64,000 nt of DNA from Octopus vulgaris (GCA_951406725.2 OX597819.1:92380001-92444000); one strand, 5' to 3'. Positions 1-14,064 are shown, counted from the stretch's first letter. Translations and numbers: made by a program. The notes: generated by a model not told the origin, from the sequence alone.

Positions 1-67
1 AAAATAACACTTTGAAAGAGTAACATAAAAGTGGAAATATGAGACTGAGAGTAAATAAATAAACAAA

Positions 68-73
68 ATGAAG
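68..73 (+). CDS. Candidate first coding segment (ATG AAG) followed by splice donor
   Basis: caaaATGAAG|gtaaga, with an in-frame TAA at 56-58 upstream; phase is compatible with candidate exons at 12759 and 30821. Splice-motif evidence only. Confidence 0.3.
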
Positions 74-1457
74 GTAAGAACAACAAAGAAAAGAAATAAA
101 TGACATAAAATGTTTCTCAGATTGTTTACATAGTTTAGTATATTAAAAGCTTTTTATTGTTTATTCAGATCAGCATAGAAAAAAAAAGATATTTACTTTT
201 TTATTCACATAGAAAAAATATTGTTTTAGCTTCCCGAGATATTACACTATTAAAGGAATCGGCGCTGACCAAATCGATTGTGTGCTGAAGATTCAATGGC
301 TTGTGTGTCATCGTTGGTTAAAACATGAGGCTGTCCTGGCTACTGACTTTTACAATTTCTTGTTTACAAAACTTAGATGGTTATTGCGACTTATGAAATA
401 AAGTAGAAACCGTATATATATTTGGCTAAGTGTTTGTTTTCTTTTAGCTTTTTGTGCTTAACTAAAATAAACTGATGGGCAAATAACTTCATTTACTTCA
501 GTTATCGTGCTATTGAGATTATGGAAAGAAACTACCGGAACATATAATTATTGGATTTATTTATTGAAAACTATTATGATGAATCCCATAGTGGCGCTAT
601 TTTACGGCAGGAGTTACTTTAGGTCACCACAAGACATTCAAAGAAGAGGAAATATTTTTCTAAATAAATCGACAGATATACTGCATTCAACTAATAAAAC
701 GATAACCGAGGAGAAAGGATGCTTAGAGTTATTTATTGTTGTCTACGAATAAAATTCATAGCATGAGTTTTTATTTATTTTCATTGGCAATGTTAGCATG
801 TATATCAAATAGAAGGTTTAATACTTTCAGCAGTGTCTTATAATAATCTAATTTGCTGTGATCATGAATTATCATTTTCCTTTGGCATCATGCTATTGAA
901 CATCCCGGTATTCAATGTTATTACACAGCTAAAGAAGTAGAGTTCAACGTTCTGTTTTAGACATTAACTCTAAAACTATTTCAGGATACCAAATCGGAAC
1001 CGACACCTGATTGCTTGACGCATTCATTGAGTAACGTCGAATTTATTTCTGACTTGCGAAAAATAAGCCATTAAAATGCTTAATATCATATTCTCATTCA
1101 TAGACATATTTGTTGTTTTATGATGTGCGATTAACAGATTCATTGGGTTGTAATTTAAATCTGTCTTTCCTTTCTGAGATATATATTTCTCCTAAAAATA
1201 CGAAAGCTGTGATGTTAGGAGTCATATATGATCATACTCGCAAACGATTCGTCGAAAATGAAAGATTCGTTTTAACACATTTGTTCTTCATGTAACCAGA
1301 ATGTGAAGCATATAACTGACATATTCCACATTACGAAATAACTAAAGCACAAACGTGTAAATATCCGTTTCTGCTGGATGCAGTTAGTAGGTATATAGAT
1401 ATTCTTCATTATGGGAGTTCATATACATTCATGCATATAATTTCATGAACATATACA

Positions 1458-1498
<41 letters not shown>

Positions 1499-1584
1499 AT
1501 ATCAATAATACAGTGATTGTTTCTTGTCAGGAACAAAAAGATTAATAGGACTGCTATAGAAGTGCTCTATTGAAAGGGACAAAA

Positions 1585-1642
1585 ATATCAAACTAAAGTT
1601 ATAGAACAAACAAATGCAAGGTCATAGGTTATAACTTTAGTT

Positions 1643-1648
<6 letters not shown>
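1585..1648. repeat. Short perfect inverted repeat (19-bp arms) abutting (TA)n
   Basis: atatcaaactaaagttata (1585-1603) / tataactttagtttgatat (1630-1648). Confidence 0.8.
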
Positions 1649-1705
<57 letters not shown>

Positions 1706-1981
1706 TACAGGGTACACATATAGGATCCAGACGTCACTATGTGATGTACGCCACAGACATAGGGTAGACAAGATAAAGGAATAAACAGTTAGAGCCCATT
1801 ATCATAACACAGAATGAACAGATGAAGGGAAGTTCATTGTTTTTAGGTAAAGCACAACTCTAATATTATTCAAAAGTATTCACAGATGAATATAACCTTA
1901 AGCGTGGAGTAAAAACATTATAGAAATAGACAAATGTATATCCACGTTTCTTGCTTAAACACTAAATTTTATCCTTTGGTG

Positions 1982-2016
<35 letters not shown>

Positions 2017-2022
2017 CATATG

Positions 2023-2062
<40 letters not shown>

Positions 2063-2919
2063 TGTGTATATATATATGTATATATATATCTTGATTTAGT
2101 TAGAAACTATGTGAAGGGAACGTATAAAATCTCGAAAGAATTCCGATTTAGATTTAGTGAATCTCTGACCTATTTCAACTATAAAATGAGTACGAAACTA
2201 TTTTTGTAGTTACGCATGTGTGATTTGTTACTGAGAAACACACACTAATACACAGCTGACCATAATGGCTGTTCTATCAGACAGCAGTTGGCCGTTATGT
2301 GTAGAGGTCAATGAAATCTACAGATAAGTACATGTCTGAGTAACAGACCGTTACCTCATGGACATACTAGCCAACTATTACTGCAGGCAATATTCTAACA
2401 CGAGCAAACATTCTATAGAAATATAGCGTGACAAGTTTTGCCAATCTAAATAAAGTGAACGTTTGATTTACCGAAATACACATTATTCGAAAGTTTTTAA
2501 AAAAAGGCATATTTGAGCCATAGAATACACCTGGGTATGTGGAGAGACATATTCAGTTTCTTCAAGTAACCTAAATATGTGATATATTTATATCATATAT
2601 ATATATATGTATGTATGTATATATAGTAACATAGTGAAGCCTGGAGATATTCAGGTATTGATCACATTTGTTTTCTTCCAGAGAGAAAGTGATAGAAAAA
2701 GGGATAGGCAAAAAAAAAAAAATAATAATCCACAGAAGGAGAGAACTATATTTATGGACTTTGAAGGGATGAAAGTTTATTTTTATTTTAACCTGAATTG
2801 AACTCAGAGCACTTAGAACGGGAACAGGTACTGTAAGGCATTTTATTCGATGCACTACTGCCTCTTCAAATAACTGTCGGATAATACAAAATATGTCATT
2901 ATTTCTACTTACCATTTTT

Positions 2920-3350
2920 GATGAGCAATGAATGGAACCTCCATATAGCCAATCGACCTGCAAGATACAGCTGCTTTCCTGAAATTACATTCTGCAGTTT
3001 TCAAAAGTGGAAGGATATACTGTATAATGTAGTTAGGTGTATATTACTGTAAACTAAAAAAGAAAAAGATGGGATGGTCAGAGCTGGAATGCCTTTGGCC
3101 GTATATCCGCTCAGTCAGAGCTGACCAAAGGCAAAAGAATAGTCAATAAGGAAGTCTATACGAGTTCACTAAATCTGCTAGATATAGAAGCCATATCTCC
3201 CGGAAATCATTCTGTAATCTGAAAACAACTGTAAGAAATGTTTGATATTGTAGTCCTAGCTACAAGATCTCAGAAAAAGTAATCGTTTATCGGTATTCTC
3301 AGTCAGAACTGAAATGGCACTAAGTAGCATTAGTAACCACATCAACAACA
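2920..3350 (+). repeat. Old interspersed repeat, two degenerate tandem copies
   Basis: Motif gggatggtca..gctggaatgcctttg..gctgacc..caacaac; similar degenerate motifs recur near 31070-31260, 32070-32400, 38600-38660, 40200-40300 and 47320-47520. Confidence 0.5.
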
Positions 3351-4279
3351 CCTTTCTGTCTGTCTGTATGCATGTATGTCTGTCTGTCTCTTTTTCAATG
3401 AAATGTTAGGAAGGATTTCACTTTATATTATACTGTCTAATTGATTAATTCTGAAACATTGAAGTCACACCAATTCCGATGTAATATGTTTAAGGATAAA
3501 TGATAATTGACTTAAAAGATTGAAACCCCTGTGTACCTTTTTATAAGGAGTACCTCGGCACCGCTGCACATCAACGACTCAAAAGAATTACAGACAACAA
3601 GGGTTCCTCTCCGAAAATTACTTCATTCTGAAAATCTAGAGTTGCATCAAATTTTCTGAATGTTATCAAAACGGTTAAAATATATTGTTGTTGGTATTCG
3701 GTAACCTTCGTTCAACTGTAATGAAAAGCATTCTCCCTATGAGCGCCGTGTCTTTTATTTACACATCTAATTACAGTTATACAGCTATACACACATATGT
3801 GTATATGTGCATGTACTCAGGTCCTCCTTACTCATCTATATTATTATTTTTATCTGCTTCAAAAGCACCCCTGTCATCCCTAGCGCAAACAACGATAATT
3901 ATATTTATAATCCCTAGATTCATTTTATTACCTGTTAATGAGGGCGAATGCTATCGTACCTTTCCCTCCCTCATCCCCCTTCTTTTCATTCTCTATTTCA
4001 CCCCTATTACTTCTCCCTCTACTTCCTCCCGTTATTTTGGTCCCTAAAGCGAGTTCATTAATATAAACTTAGTAATAGCACCACTTATTCACTATCCCAG
4101 ACGTAACCGGGTTGGTTGGGTCGTCTCACAGCATGTCCTATTTTGTTAGAACTTCTATTTGTTAAATTTTCTTTTTATTCACCTGAAGAAAACGATTTTC
4201 CGCATGACGTAAGATTTTTGTTCATCAATAACGAATAAGTCTGAAACAGCTGTTCTGAACCGCAACGTATCTGTTATAC

Positions 4280-4366
<87 letters not shown>

Positions 4367-4646
4367 CATACATATATAATCAGCAGCAAAATATTCGGAA
4401 GTGAATATTTATAAGATACTAATATTTCTGTTATTACCGAAGACAATATAAATAACTTATAATAACAGAAACATTACTATACGTGGTTGCAGGCATAAAA
4501 AATAGCATAATATAGTTAAAGAATTAAAATTATATTAATCATAAGGACACATTAAAGTGTCTATCCGCTAGAAATAAAAGTCAAAACTTTTACTTGGACC
4601 ACCAAAAAAATTTACACTAGCCATATATTTACTGGTACACGTATAT

Positions 4647-4697
4647 ATGTGAACCGGTTTCTGGTTTGATACAAAGATCTTACCTTCTTCAGCACAT
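4647..4697 (-). ncRNA. Minimal type-I hammerhead ribozyme motif
   Basis: Minus strand: atgtg CTGAAGA aggt...acca GAAA ccgg TT cacat; stem I atgtg/cacat, palindromic stem III ACCGGT. Confidence 0.7.
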
Positions 4698-5010
4698 CTT
4701 AACCCTTTGAAATATTATCCTAATCTGGTACGTTGATATCTGCTGGTGTCCTTAATTGCTTAGCCCCAAAATGCAGACAACCTCAGTTTGAAAAGTACTA
4801 AATCAGCAGCATAATTTCTGTTATTATCAACTATTTATATTGCCTTCGATAATAATAGAAATATTAATATCTTATACATATTCACTTCCGAATATTTTGC
4901 TGCTGATTAGAACTATTCACGTTGAGGCTGTCCGCATTTTGGCGCTAAGCAATTAAGAACGCCAGCAGATATCAATGTGGCAGATTCGAATACTGTTTCA
5001 AAGAGTTAAG

Positions 5011-5061
5011 ATGTGCTGAACAAGGTTAGATATTTGTCTCAAACCAGAAACCGGTCCTCAT
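5011..5061 (+). ncRNA. Degenerate hammerhead copy (core CTGAACA)
   Basis: atgtg CTGAACA aggtt...acca GAAA ccgg TC ctcat; inverted partner of 4647-4697 with a G8C core change. Confidence 0.45.
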
Positions 5062-5084
5062 ATATGCTTGTACCAGTAAATATA

Positions 5085-5293
5085 CTCCTTTACTTGTTTC
5101 AGTCATTTGACTGTGACCATGCTGGAGCACCGCCTTTAGTCGAGCAAATCGACCCCAAGACTTATTCTATCGGTTTCTTTTCCCGAACCGCTAAGTTACG
5201 GGGACGTAAACACACCAGCATCGGTTCTCAAGCAATGTTGGGGAGACAAATACAGACACAGAAACATACTCACACACACACTCACACACACAT

Positions 5294-5344
<51 letters not shown>

Positions 5345-5504
5345 GGAACTTCTTTCAGTTTCCGTCTACCAAATCCACTCACAAGGCTTTGGTCGACCCG
5401 AGGGTATAGTAGAAGACACTTGCCCAAGGTGCCACGCAGTGAGACTGAACACGGAACCATGTGGCAGGTAAGCAAGCTTTTTACCACACAGCCACTCCTA
5501 CGCC
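5085..5504 (-). mobile_element. tRNA-derived SINE family A (internal microsatellite)
   Basis: Head ggcgtaggagtggctgtgtggt (A box) and gttcagtc (B-box-like); tail ..ctccagcatggtcacagtcaaatgactgaaacaag; several near-identical copies in the window. Confidence 0.9.
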
Positions 5505-5665
5505 TATATATACAACTTTATGCTATACTGGAAACAGAGATTTTTTTCGATTTGCTAGTTTACCGTTGAATGTGTTGTTTTCAGTGTAAATTATTTTGGT
5601 GGTCGAAATAAGAGTTTTGATTCTTATTCTTAGCAGGTAGACACTTTAATGTGGCCTTATCTTTA

Positions 5666-5734
<69 letters not shown>

Positions 5735-6541
5735 TGTGTGTGTGTATAAAATTTTTGTCGATGTCTGACACTTAGATGAGACACAGAAAATCGCCTTGTG
5801 ATACTTTACGTCTTTGGGTTCTAAGTTGAAATCCCTTTGGAATTGATTTTACCTTTAATCCATCAGGTGTTGATAAAATGTGAATCTCCTGTAAAATTAT
5901 GCAGAAGCGATTTAATTCCCAGTCGTGGGTTTAACATAATTTTAAAGTGTAATATTGCTTTTAGCAATTCCAGGTCATCGAATTTGTGCTATTTATCGTA
6001 ACGCTAATCACGCTACAAATTTTGGATAAAAATGAAGGCATAATTGAGTTATTTCTCCATCGTAAATGGCTTAATCAGGGCACAGGGCCCTTTATGAAGA
6101 ATAGTGCCTGATCCGTAATTAAAATGATGACTTAAAACATTTTTTTGTTTGACTGTTTTGCATTAATGATTATGTTAAATTTCATTCTGCACTGAAGGAT
6201 TACTTCACCACCAGCACCAGCACCACCACCACCACCAAACAGATCCACCACTGTCAGCACAACCGCTATCACCACTACACCTTTCATCCCACCCCACCTC
6301 ATTTTTCCGTCCTCCGCCTTCACTTGGTCTTCTCCTCTTCGTGCCCTTTACGTTTACCCTTCCTGTTCCCTCCTCTTCGAGCTCCTCCCGTCTTCCTCCT
6401 CCTCGCCTTCGTCCTCCATGTCCCCCTCTTTTCCCTCCTCCTCTTCGCCCTCTTCTTCTTCCTTCTTCCTTCTCCTTTGTCTTTTGACATAAAGTTTTGA
6501 ATTTTATTCACGGATCAATCCTAATTCAGGACGTTTGCTGT

Positions 6542-6542
<1 letters not shown>

Positions 6543-6587
<45 letters not shown>

Positions 6588-6602
6588 GAGTGAGAGAGAG
6601 AG
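6543..6602. repeat. (GA)n microsatellite after a pyrimidine-rich low-complexity tract (6205-6480)
   Basis: Direct reading of the sequence. Confidence 0.9.
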
Positions 6603-8959
6603 GAACAGAATAGAAAATCAAGCTCAATGGCAATGGTATTTAATCGTTAGGCTGAATTAAAAGAGCTGGTCTCTGCACTTGCTTTAATCGTGCTATTGAT
6701 GCACAAAACGACGAAAATGGTATCTCATCTGAAAACAATCAATGAATTCACCGTTACAAGAAGGAAGATTACAGACGTGCATACATAGATAAATGCTTAT
6801 ATGTGCGTGCATGTGCATGCGTGTGTGTGTGCGTATATATTTTCCCACTCCTCTGAAATATTAGGTATCGACGTAATGTTGACGTCGGCATCTGATTATG
6901 TTGTTATCTGCTGTAGGGTTACTTGATGAACATGTTTAAAGGTTATTTTAGGAATCAGGAGAATTGTGGAGATAATTTAGAACATTATACTTGTCGGATG
7001 AATAACTACAGGGTATTTCATTTATATCATTAGTTTTGATCGTAAACAACCAAATCTATGTTGACACGAGGTGTGGCCAGATGCAATATGATCGTTAGTT
7101 GGAAAAAAAATTAAAAGTGTCAGGGAAATATATCGAATTCAAGTTTCAGTTTTCCGAAATAATTTCTTGATACTAGTTTTAAAAACTGATTCTTATACAT
7201 TAATAACCATTGAAATACATGGAAACGAAATTTTGTCCATACAACATTGTATATTTATAGAAGTATGATCATAATGTACGTGATTGCTTCATCTATGAGC
7301 ATTTTATACAAAAGCAACTATTAAACAAGAATGATTAATATGGTTTGGGCTCTTTCCGGTATAGTCCAAGTTAGTCCATAATTTAAAAAGGAAATTGAAA
7401 ATAAATAAATAAATAAATAAATAAAACAGTAGCAAACTTTTGAGAAGATGCATCTAATTAAGGTGGAGTGCAAATTTATATCTGTAGAATTAATGTATTT
7501 AAACTTGAGAAGAAAAAATAAACAGTTGTTATATCATGCCCTCACCTCCTTGCACCGGTTCACATTTGTCATTTGATGTCTTAATTCGTTAATATAGGTT
7601 AAATGATGTTTGTTTTGACTGCATATCAGATTTAAAATTATCAAATATAAATTCCTAATAGACTCGTTTCATTTATAGTTGATCACTTTTCTCGTAAATA
7701 AATTAAAATGATTTTCTTCCTCTATTAACATTATTCTCTTAAGCCATTTATATTTCGCTTAAAGCTTCACATATAAATTTATACTCGCTGCTGACACGCT
7801 ATAATTTTCACACAAATACCGAGGCTTTATTCATAGTAACACAGGTATAAGGATAAAAAAAGAAAATGCGCAATAAGAAATTATGCTCAAGTTATATTAG
7901 TTCCACCATTATAACAGATATTATAATGGAGACATATTGATCTTGTGAGAAAGGACAGAAATTTTGTCATGTATGCAATATATATTAATAAACACAACTA
8001 GGTGGTGTAAATTCTATACTTGGCGCATTCATATCTTTCTTACGAGGTTGTGATGTCCTATAATTGTAGAGTTTGGTGGTGTGGAACGGGTGAGATAACT
8101 GCCATATTTTTATCGAGGTTATCAGCAACATAGGTGAGGAGACATAGCTTCTATCGTGTAGTGACACTTATCCAGAATCTTGTCTCGTCTAGTGATTACA
8201 ATTTTCCTCCTCGGAAATCGTCGTCATGTTATAACTGATATATTGGTAAACGAAGAGTAGAGTTTCAGCTATCATTGTTGCGCGGATGGTACTATGTTAA
8301 AAGAATATTCTTGGTGTTTTTTAAAGGGCTATTAAAAACCCATTCAGCATTTGGTGAGGTGACTAATGTAACGAAATCGAATTATGGAGTGTTATAATTG
8401 TTGAAGACATTAACTGTCATCTCCTTTGCCGATTGAGTGAATGGACTGCACACAAACAACTAACAAAATTATAATTTTCACTAGAAAAAAAAATTATCAT
8501 AGAATGCTATTGAGAATTATAGAACAAGATATAAGTTCTTGTCAAACGGAGACTAACAATAGTTTCAAATTTCATTTAAAATGATTTCGATTTACTTACG
8601 ATTATAATGCTATTAAAGTTGCTTATTCCCATATTCTCTTTCCTGTAAATGTCGGACCTTAATCTAAATAAATCAATATTTAGTAGAGAGTTACTGAGAG
8701 CAAGAATCAAATTCCTTGGAAATATGAGTTAGCGAGTCAATTTTGATTCTTTATATGAAATTGCAAAAGCAATAGGTACTCTGCTTCTAATTTTCCTTAC
8801 ATTCTGACAGAAGAATTTACAAACTACAATACAGATAAATGTTTATTCGGTTTGATTTACGAAATTTCCAACGAGATATGTGGAAAAAAATAATTTGAAC
8901 AGAACAATCATTTACAAATGTGTATTTGTGTGTGTATGTGTGTGCTTTCCCCCCTCTCT

Positions 8960-9363
8960 ACTCTTTACTCTTTAACTTGTTTCAGTAATTTGACTGTGGC
9001 CATGCTGGAGCACCGCATTTAATCGAGCAACTCGATCCCGCGACTTATTCTTTTGTAAGCCCAGTACTTATTCTATCGGTCTCTTTTGCCGAACCGCTAA
9101 GTAACGGGGACATAAACACACCAGCATCGGTTGTCAAGCAATGCTAGGGGGACAAACACAGATACACAAACACGCACACACGCATATATATATACATATA
9201 TACGACGGGCTTCTTTCAGTTTCTGTCTACCAAATTCACTTACAAGGCTTGGTCGGCCCGAGGCTATAGTAGAAGACACTTGCCCAAGGTGCCACGCAGT
9301 GGGACTGAAGCTGGAACCATGTGGTTGGTAAACAAGCTACTTACCACACAGCCACTCCTGCGC
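8960..9363 (-). mobile_element. SINE family A, full length
   Basis: Same head, body and tail as 5085-5504. Confidence 0.9.
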
Positions 9364-9399
9364 TTATATATATATATATATATTAACTAATCTTAATTT

Positions 9400-9458
<59 letters not shown>

Positions 9459-9488
9459 GTGTGTGTGTGTGTGTATTTATATGTATAA

Positions 9489-9764
9489 ATACGTCCCTAA
9501 TGTGACAAAGGGTGGCGATAAGCATCAGCATTGCTAGAAATAAGAGCCAAAACAACTCAATAACCACAGAAATTATTATTTTAAATGTCTGACAAGTGGG
9601 GAAAGCTCCCTACAGCAACAGATATACCCAGATCATCGATGATTCTCTTGTCAGTCATTTAAGATAGTTCTTTCTGTGGTTATTGAGTTGTTTGGGATCT
9701 TATTTTGTAGCAATGTGTAGCAATACTAGTACTGATCAGTGATTTTGTCACTTTGGTGACGTAT
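9489..9764. repeat. Foldback element (~110-bp imperfect arms) between (TA)n tracts
   Basis: aaacaactcaataaccacagaaa / tttctgtggttattgagttgttt; cttgtcag/ctgacaag; ends atacgtc/gacgtat. Confidence 0.75.
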
Positions 9765-9807
9765 CTATTTCTGCCTTTAGGTTGTTAAATTGCGAATTAG
9801 CCACCCA

Positions 9808-9842
<35 letters not shown>

Positions 9843-9846
<4 letters not shown>

Positions 9847-10142
9847 ATCGAAACATGAAAACACAAAGAGAAAACACAACAACACGAGGGCGTTGAACAA
9901 GTATAGTGTTATTGGACGCTTAGGAAAGGAAAGAAAGAAGGAGGATTTAACGTTTCGAACGGAGCTCTTCGTCAGAAACATAGGAAAGGGAAGACGGAGG
10001 AAAAAATCGCCAACGGTACACATGCGGTTAACTATCCGTAACTGCAAAGATAATCTGGTACTCGACTGACGAAAGCAAACTCCGAATGACCCATCCTGGT
10101 TTTTCCCTGCCACTATTTGTATCAAACAACTATCTGGATATT

Positions 10143-10145
<3 letters not shown>
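9843..10145 (-). mobile_element. Short HHR-bearing element in (TA)n; second copy at 37450-37645
   Basis: About 9850-10030 is the reverse complement of 37450-37645; both copies sit in (TA)n. Confidence 0.75.
9945..9979 (-). ncRNA. Minimal hammerhead ribozyme motif
   Basis: gttt CTGACGA a gagc tcc gttc GAAA cg TT aaat. Confidence 0.65.
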
Positions 10146-10190
<45 letters not shown>

Positions 10191-11966
10191 ATGTATATAT
10201 ATATATATACATATACATATATACTTTTATACACACACGCACACACACACACGCGCACACACGCACACGCACACGCACACACACATGAAAAACGTTTAAG
10301 ATTTATTTATTTAACTCTCGCATTTTCTTTGTAAACGGTTTAATGTTTAGTGTCAGGATATTTTTATTTCATTATGAAGATACTTGAACTATTTGCTAGT
10401 CTCAGCAAATCATATTGAAATGTCTACTTTATACATTATATAGACTATTTTAAGGTTACGTAGAGATAGTCAGACGAAAACAAGTGAATATTTTGAATGT
10501 CAGTAGAATATCGATGTTACGACGTATTCTTAGACTATTATAAGTACGAATAATGACAAAATGTTTTCTTCCACAGAGGAAATCAATTCTAGTAACTGTT
10601 TAATCGTAGCACATAGAAATCATTGGGAATTGGTTTTTAAGCATTAGTAATATTTTGCAGATAATTTTTCGTTTTTATTACGACAAATATTTATAATACT
10701 GGTAAGTATTAGTATCAATATCTCTAGTTTTGAATGTGTATACTTGAACCTAAATTACTTGCTTAACAAATAACTAAACATTTATATTTAAGTTGCTCTT
10801 CAGGAAAATATTCTAAGTGAAAAGCGTATATCGTAAGATTGTGGGCATGACTTTTTCATGAAGACGAAATTTAACATATAAAACAGGTTTGCATTATATT
10901 GAAAAGATACCTTGAATTAATACTTTCACTTACAGTGGTCTTACTCTTGCACGGTGATAATTTTCTCTGTCTTGCATATTGCAGGATAAGGAAGAACTGT
11001 TACGCTTCTCAAATTTTGATATTAAGAATTCGTTTTAAATTTCTTAATGTTTTGGTGTTGATAGTCCATCCAGAAGGATACATTAAATCCACTATTCAAA
11101 AATGTATTAAAATGTATGCATTATTATACATTATTATTTGCGAGTGATACAATTGAAATATAATCTGGATAGAAGTTACTTTGTTTCTTGTTTCAGTCCA
11201 GTTATTAGACTGCAGTTATGCTAGACCACTGCCTTATACAAATTTATAAGATGTGTCGATCAGAATTGAAATAATCAAAAATAATTGCCTGAAATATATA
11301 CATAATGTTGAGATGAAGATGTAATATAGGAATTCGTTTATCTATGTGATTGTGTCCATGAAACTCAGTTTGATGGCATTCAACATTCTACAATTCCCAC
11401 AAATAATAGGATTTAAAAACTCCAAAGGCACTCATCAATTACACACTGACCCCGAGTTTTAAGTAAGATTTATAATGTTTTTGCAAGTGAGTAAAACCGT
11501 GCCGTTTCAATATCATACGTGCGACAGCTATTTCAGGATAGGGTCTCAATAGTCCAAGTCCCTCAACTCCAGAAGAACAGCTATCGGTGACACTTGTAAT
11601 TCCCAACTTAGTAGTAAACACTTTATAATCTATAATGGTATTCTGGTTGTCAAGATATGTATTCGTATGCTACACTTTAGACTATCTTATTTATGGAAAG
11701 AAATCGATGACAATTAAATTATTCAACAGTATAAATCATCAATATAGAGATCTATAAAATCATACAGAAGTATCATATCTGAAATGTGTAATTTCTACAG
11801 GTTCCGCAAGTACATATTAATATAGCAAAACGTACTCGAGTTGCAGAATCGGGTAGAATGTTAGAATGTCTTGTAGTGCTTAGTTAGGTTCGTTTAAGTC
11901 CCATTTTTATTGATCGTTTCATCTTTCCTTGGTCGATAGGGGATGTAGTATTAATATATATATATA

Positions 11967-12004
<38 letters not shown>

Positions 12005-12758
12005 AGACTTGGGCAAAATATGTTCAACGTCCTTTATATGTTCCATTTAACTACAAATAGGAATTAGTTGCTAGTTTTGTATTCTAGTTCAAGGCAACTT
12101 TAATGAATCAGTCATATATACACAAGTGTGTCAGGGATGACCGTAGCATATTTTATTGTGATATTATACGTAAAAAAACAGCAATGTGTGGTTTGGGGAA
12201 ATTATAGGTGCTGTTTGTTCCCTTCTTGGCTCCAGTGTGAATCAAACGAAACAAGGGCGTTTATGTTTTCAAATCTGCATTCATTTTGAAATCATTGGGC
12301 ACGACAACGATGAGAGGTAATACTGACACAGACAAAATTTGAACTCAGAATCGTAGTCAACAAATTGCTACTTTACTGTCTCTAAGCCATGTACCCAACT
12401 CTCTAATGGAGAAGAAATTCCTTTGTAAGCTGAGATCAAAATAGCATTTTCTGTTGAGTTATTCCATTAATATCTAAGACATTATAGTGTTAATCTGTTA
12501 TAGAAATGACTGGAAGAAACAAACAAATTTTCTGCTGGAATCTTTCCAAATTAAAGAAGGTATGAAAAGAACAAAATATGAGTTAATTATATTTAGCAGT
12601 TAGAAAGAAATTTAACATTGCTGTTTAAATAAGGTTAATTATAAAATATACATGCTTTAACTAAACTGCATGGAAGATGCCTTACAGCAATGGTAAATAT
12701 CAGTGAGATAACGCTATGATATAATAATAACTATTTTCTGTTTTTTTTTTCTTTTCAG

Positions 12759-12763
12759 AAAAG
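12759..12763 (+). CDS. Candidate 5-nt microexon (AAAAG)
   Basis: ttttctgttttttttttcttttcag|AAAAG|gtatgt: long pyrimidine tract, CAG acceptor and AG|GTATGT donor. Confidence 0.45.
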
Positions 12764-13672
12764 GTATGTTTTGAAACATACGAGATGATTGCGAACGTGT
12801 TTTATATCATTCACTCGTTTATCGCACGCAAGACATTCAATCTAAAATACTTTCGTGAGAGAACACTTATTGGTCGTAACGTATAGGGGTCATTTGATCT
12901 TACGCAGATCGTATCTCGCTTTAACAGCAACCGTCTTCATTGCAACCAACAAATTACTGCCGAAGCGGGCCGGATAAGTTCTTTCCTAAATACAACAGCT
13001 GGAAACTGAAACATTCCATAGATATCAGACCAAAAGAAAAAAAAAAATGAAACATAGCAAAAATTCGATAAATGAATATACGTAACAGAAACAGTAAAAA
13101 GGAAACTATAAATACATACATCCAAGGATTATTAAAAAGGAAAAAGTAATAATGGTCAAAATAAAATATAAAGATATTCAGATGAGATATCAAAAAGAAA
13201 GTTTGAAACGTGACTGTATAGAGTGCAAATGAACCTAATTGGAAAAATACAGATTAGTTAGTACGTGCAGAGAACATGTCTGCCTATTGTGTTACTGTGT
13301 TACTAACGTTACTCACTATCTATCTGTCTGTCTATCTATCTATCCATCTATATCTATCAATTTATCTATCTATCTATATCTATCTATTTATCTATCTATC
13401 TACACACGCACACACAAAACCTATATGTAGCATCATACCTAAAAGATAAACGGTATACATTTAGAGTAGATAGTTATGTATTGTGTTAGCTGATAGAAAC
13501 TGCCGCAGTAGAGAAAGTATACTATATATACACGTACGCATATATATATATATATATTATATATTGATAAAAATGGTAAGACAATAAAAGAATGAAAGAG
13601 ACCTCGATATTATGTAAATGGAGGAATCTATTTGTAAATGTAATACGTGACAATTATTCGGTATCCATGAAT

Positions 13673-13733
13673 GATAAAACTCCGAGTTTCGGATGCCGGG
13701 GTGGAAATCCACGCCGCCATCTCTTCAGTTATC
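13673..13733 (-). ncRNA. Hammerhead ribozyme motif in a short element (~13565-13775) between (TA)n and (CA)n
   Basis: gataa CTGAAGA gatg..(gtgga/tccac)..catc c GAAA ctcggag TT ttatc; stem I gataa/ttatc. Confidence 0.7.
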
Positions 13734-13773
13734 CAGCCATCGGAAAAAAATGCTATGAAAATAGCATTTACAG

Positions 13774-13805
<32 letters not shown>

Positions 13806-14064
13806 TTACATACATATATATTTATATATAATTTTTGCACAGTCTTGGCTTTATCAATACATATACATACACATACATGAATATACATTAGATTAGTCTC
13901 ATTTTGAACACAAGTCGGACATGGAAAATATAAAAACATGTACAAAACCAACTATAGGAAATCGAACTGCGTTTCACTCAATCATGCCAAATATTGCATA
14001 GAGCCGCTCTCTAAATATTTTGCAACTGTTTAACCTTAGATGAAGAAAATTTACTTCATATTTA

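Larger units (their letters stand above)
4378..5084. mobile_element. HHR-bearing PLE pLTR/retrozyme-like element: ~423-bp monomer plus inverted permuted copy
   Basis: aatcagcagca recurs at 4378 and 4801; 4811-4909 is the reverse complement of ~4378-4478; ~4900-5084 is the reverse complement of 4624-4810; HHR motif in both arms. Confidence 0.75.

Noticed and set aside
10062-10095. Plus-strand CTGACGA as an extra hammerhead
   Set aside because: No stem II pairing and GAAT instead of GAAA.
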